64,000 bases of DNA from Cirrosporium novae-zelandiae (taxonomy: Eukaryota). A program made the translations under genes and the position numbers. The stretch spans positions 1-64,000 of the forward strand of contig JAPETS010000057.1 of assembly GCA_026023565.1 (NCBI GenBank), given 5' to 3'. This document shows, piece after piece, positions 60,516 through 64,000 of the stretch; position 1 is the first letter of the stretch; each line of letters starts with the position of its first letter. The notes under the pieces are model-generated. The model searched no databases. It saw nothing but the letters and a program-made list of their open reading frames with translations, and was not told the origin of the DNA.

Positions 60516-62317
60516 GGGTGAATATGGATCAATTGAACTGTATAACACCATGACGAATATTTCCTAGTATACATTTTTAGTATAGGGTTTGTTCATTCAA
60601 CTCTGGCCCTAAAGTTATATGATCTTCGATCTATCATCATGAGGAAGATTCCATCGTCATTGTCTCGTTGTCACAGGCATTCTCTTCTACCAAAGAGATA
60701 TCATGCAGTTTCAATGGAAAGCTGCGACGAACACCAAACTAAGCCTTATTGGATTATACATATTTTTCCGTTACCACGGACGAAAGGCTTATAGAAACGG
60801 GTTATGTCTCAACGGAACCATCCAGGCTTCGCGGTCCTTGTCACTAGCCTCAGAAACATGACGAAACTATGAAATGCTTTCGCCTTCGTTCTCATGGGCT
60901 GTTGATGGAGCCAACAAGGATTCGTATTGTTATTGAAGACCAATGTCATCATGTACAGTACATCTAATCCCAGAGCTACCTCCCTGGGGTTCATCCTTCC
61001 AACCACATATACCGTAGATAGCAGAAGTCTTTGCCAGGAATAGCTGTACCAAGCAACCAGGTCTCATCCTGGATGGTTTATTGCCACGTTTCGAAGGAGA
61101 TTGCTACTAATTTTAGATGGCCCCCAGAATACTGATCGTCAACTATTAGTTACAGTACGAATGGCATGAAGTCATATTATTGCTGTTGCTGTCTGTAATC
61201 AGGCGTATCAAGTCAAGTTGGGGCCAAAATATGAAAGCTATCGGCTGTACGTCATTATCCGGCACCCGTTATGTATTTTGGCGGTGCTGCAAGTGTAACA
61301 TGGCAGGCATGGTTATCAGTTGGTGGGAGACTTCTTATCGGTCAACAACCACTAACCATGACCAACTGCGTTGTATGGAAACAGATGATACTTGCTAATG
61401 CACCCTTTGGTTAGATAGAAATCTCTCCCCATCCAATGATTCCAGGTCAGTTTCTTCTAAGCTGCAGTAATGAAAATACGTGATTATTTACCAATTAGTT
61501 GACTGTTTTGGACAGGTTCTCTTTTTACTCCGGTAGCCCCAAAGCGAAAGAGCTTTGGCTTGCCATGTCGACCAAGTATAATCCATAATCCCGGTGCCTG
61601 ACGCTATCTTTCAATGTCCATCTTCGATTTGCAAGGTTATTCTTAGTGTGTATTCCTATCAAGCTCCATAAGTTCCTGCTTCGACCCGGTCCGATCCCCT
61701 GTCTAAGAAAGCGCCGGCTGTATCATCTGCGAGGGAGCACCGTGAACAGTGGGTGGGACCATGCTTGTCCCCATGGTTGATCATGGGCTCCCCCCAAATA
61801 TGAAGAACGTCAACAAGCAAATAAATAGAAAACCTGCTCTCGCAATCTTGATGGCAATAGATTCAAGGATATCAAACCGGTTGGGTGCCTGCATATTTGA
61901 GACTTTTCAAAAGTAATGCACGAGAGCCTGTACAAAGCTCCGTGTGCTACTGGTAGATATGGAAAATGGTGCCAACCTTGGGAGAAGCTTTCTAGCGCTA
62001 TGATTAGTGGACTTGACGTGTGGATCATCCGCCAGGTTACCTTCCTCTGCTTCCCCGGACGTTTGATATCACCCACTCGCACAGTAGACCAACATCCTAG
62101 TCGTTGGTGGATAATGACGAAGGACCTGATCAGTCGAGATGGCTGCCAGGGAAAGAACTGCCGTAGGTGGCTGTTGGCTGAACTTATTTAAGAGCATCCT
62201 CTGTCCCCAGATGAACGTTCTGCAAACAATCTCATTCATCATTTAACAGCTATTTAAATCCGTATTTTTTTCTACAATCACTATACCAACCTATTTCGCA
62301 TTACAAGGCAGTTCACA

Positions 62318-63884
62318 ATGGCAAGCGGCTTACAAAAAGTGAAGCTCGTTTCAAACCCTCACTACAAGGCTTCTGGAATCAAATCCTATGCCTGGCTCTT
62401 GAACAAATGGGGATTTAACCCAACCAAACCCGGCCCCTTCGTGCGAGGCAGCCACATTAAACAACAAGGTAAGTTTGGTAAATTCTTGGGGGGGCATGGC
62501 ATTGGAGGTCAGTGCAGTCCCCCCGGTGGTGTGGATAATATCCTGATAGCTTGCATCTAGGTCACGCCCACGTCCAGCATAATATCCTGAGGAAAGTCAA
62601 CGCAAGCGGAAAAACAGGAGAGGTTTCTGCTGAAGACATCCAGTACGATGCAATGTACCTCTGCCCCGTTTCAATTGGCACACCTGCTCAGACATTGAAC
62701 TTGGATTTTGATACTGGCTCCGCCGACCTGTGGGTAAGTAATCGGTCTTGCCCTAAAGAAACTTTGATATTCTCGCAGAGCCATCTCTGAATTTCTTTAC
62801 GGAATACTAAAAAATCTTGCCCTACTGTGTGTATAAGGGGAGACGGTGCTAAACAGCGATACTTCTTTTAGTGTTGGTCCACAGAATTACCATCTGCAAC
62901 CCAGAAAACTGGCAGCCACAACGTCTATGATCCTTCCAAATCCTCTACCTATAAGAAGCAGACAGGTTCTACCTGGCAAATTTCTTATGGCGACTCATCC
63001 TCTGCATCCGGCACAGTTGGAACGGATAACGTAACCATCGGTGGCCTGACCATCAAGAACCAAGCTGTCGAGCTCGCATCTAAGATGTCCACTCAATTTA
63101 TGCAAAGCGAAGGTGATGGTCTCCTAGGTCTTGCTTTCGGCTCTATCAACACCGTCAAGCCCAAGGCTGTTAAAACGCCTGTGGAGAACATGATTGCACA
63201 GGATGATATTTCCTCGTCTTCGGAGCTTTTCACTTGCAAGCTTGGTTCTTGGCGTGATGCAAATGAGCCTGACAAGGGAGAATCCTTCTATACATTTGGC
63301 TATGTTGATCAAGACACGATGAAGGCGGCCGGTGCCTCCGAGGCTCATTGGGCCCCTGTCGATAATTCTCAGGGATTCTGGATGATCAATTCAACTTCCG
63401 CTGTCGTCAACGGCACAACCACCACTCGCAGTGGAAACACTGCCATCATGGATACAGGCACGACACTTTGCCTTGTCAGCGATGAGCTTTGCGAAGCCAT
63501 CTATAAGGCCATTCCTAATGGAAAGTATGACGAGTCATCACAAGGCTGGGTTTATCCAACAGACACAAAAGTGGCGGACCTCCCAGTTGTTACAGTTGCA
63601 ATCGGTGATAAACAATTTACTATTCAGAAAGAGGACCTCGGCTTCGTTGAAGCCTCATCTGGATGGATCTATGGTGGCATCCAGAGCCGTGGTGATATGA
63701 CTTTTGATATCTTTGTACGTTAATTCCTAGAATCACTTCTGAAGAATATACAACTGACAGACGATAGGGTGACACGGTCCTCAAGGGTATCTATGCCATC
63801 TGGGATGTGGGGAATATGCGTTTCGGCTGCGTTGAACGCCCAGAGAAATACCAGAACATAACCCCTCCTGCTGAGACTTCCTAG
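62318..63884 (+). CDS. Pepsin-family (A1) aspartic protease, aspergillopepsin-like, no evident signal peptide (4 exons, ~440 aa)
   Basis: Exons 62318-62507, 62561-62733, 62872-63714 and 63768-63884. Catalytic LDFDTGSADLW and AIMDTGTTL, plus ISYGD, DGLLGLAF, IFGD..LK.IY. Confidence 0.93.
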
Positions 63885-64000
63885 AGAATACTCGTTCCGA
63901 AATTTTCTGGATAATTTACTCTGCTTCATGATGTCAAGGGTAAATGGCGAAATGTAGTGATGGGCTGGTTTGACTTGGCGATCCAATGACTCGTTGGCTA

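Noticed and set aside
1..64000. Transposons, Starship captain, secondary-metabolite cluster, tRNA or rRNA genes
   Set aside because: No transposase, reverse transcriptase, tyrosine recombinase, PKS or NRPS motifs, no LTR or TIR pairs, and no tRNA cloverleaf seen by eye. tRNAscan-SE, Infernal and a repeat library search would be needed to exclude them formally.

Overview
Gene-dense chromosomal segment of a filamentous ascomycete (Pezizomycotina-type: short GT-AG introns with CTRAY branch points). By manual splicing I support about 21 protein-coding genes. They are BCK1-type MAPKKK, pyruvate decarboxylase, TAN1/THUMP, an APH-fold probable pseudokinase, an F-box/LRR protein, a claudin-like 4-TM protein, TMEM234, a PHYHD1-like dioxygenase, UTP15, a small secreted protein, INN1/Fic1, MRPL22, PRP24, MRM1, a Mit1-type CHD remodeler, COQ7, a leaderless aspartic protease, and four poorly characterised Cys/His-motif proteins. 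I found no tRNA, rRNA, CRISPR array or recognisable transposon. The most unusual structure is five discrete islands of mixed microsatellites with alternating purine/pyrimidine blocks. All five sit at gene 3' ends, and four of them lie directly downstream of the uncharacterised Cys/His (putative Zn-binding) genes. The Cys/His motifs of two of those genes are missing from the ORF track and appear only after splicing. I cannot demonstrate a new multi-gene system from sequence alone. Family assignments come from motif recognition, not database searches.
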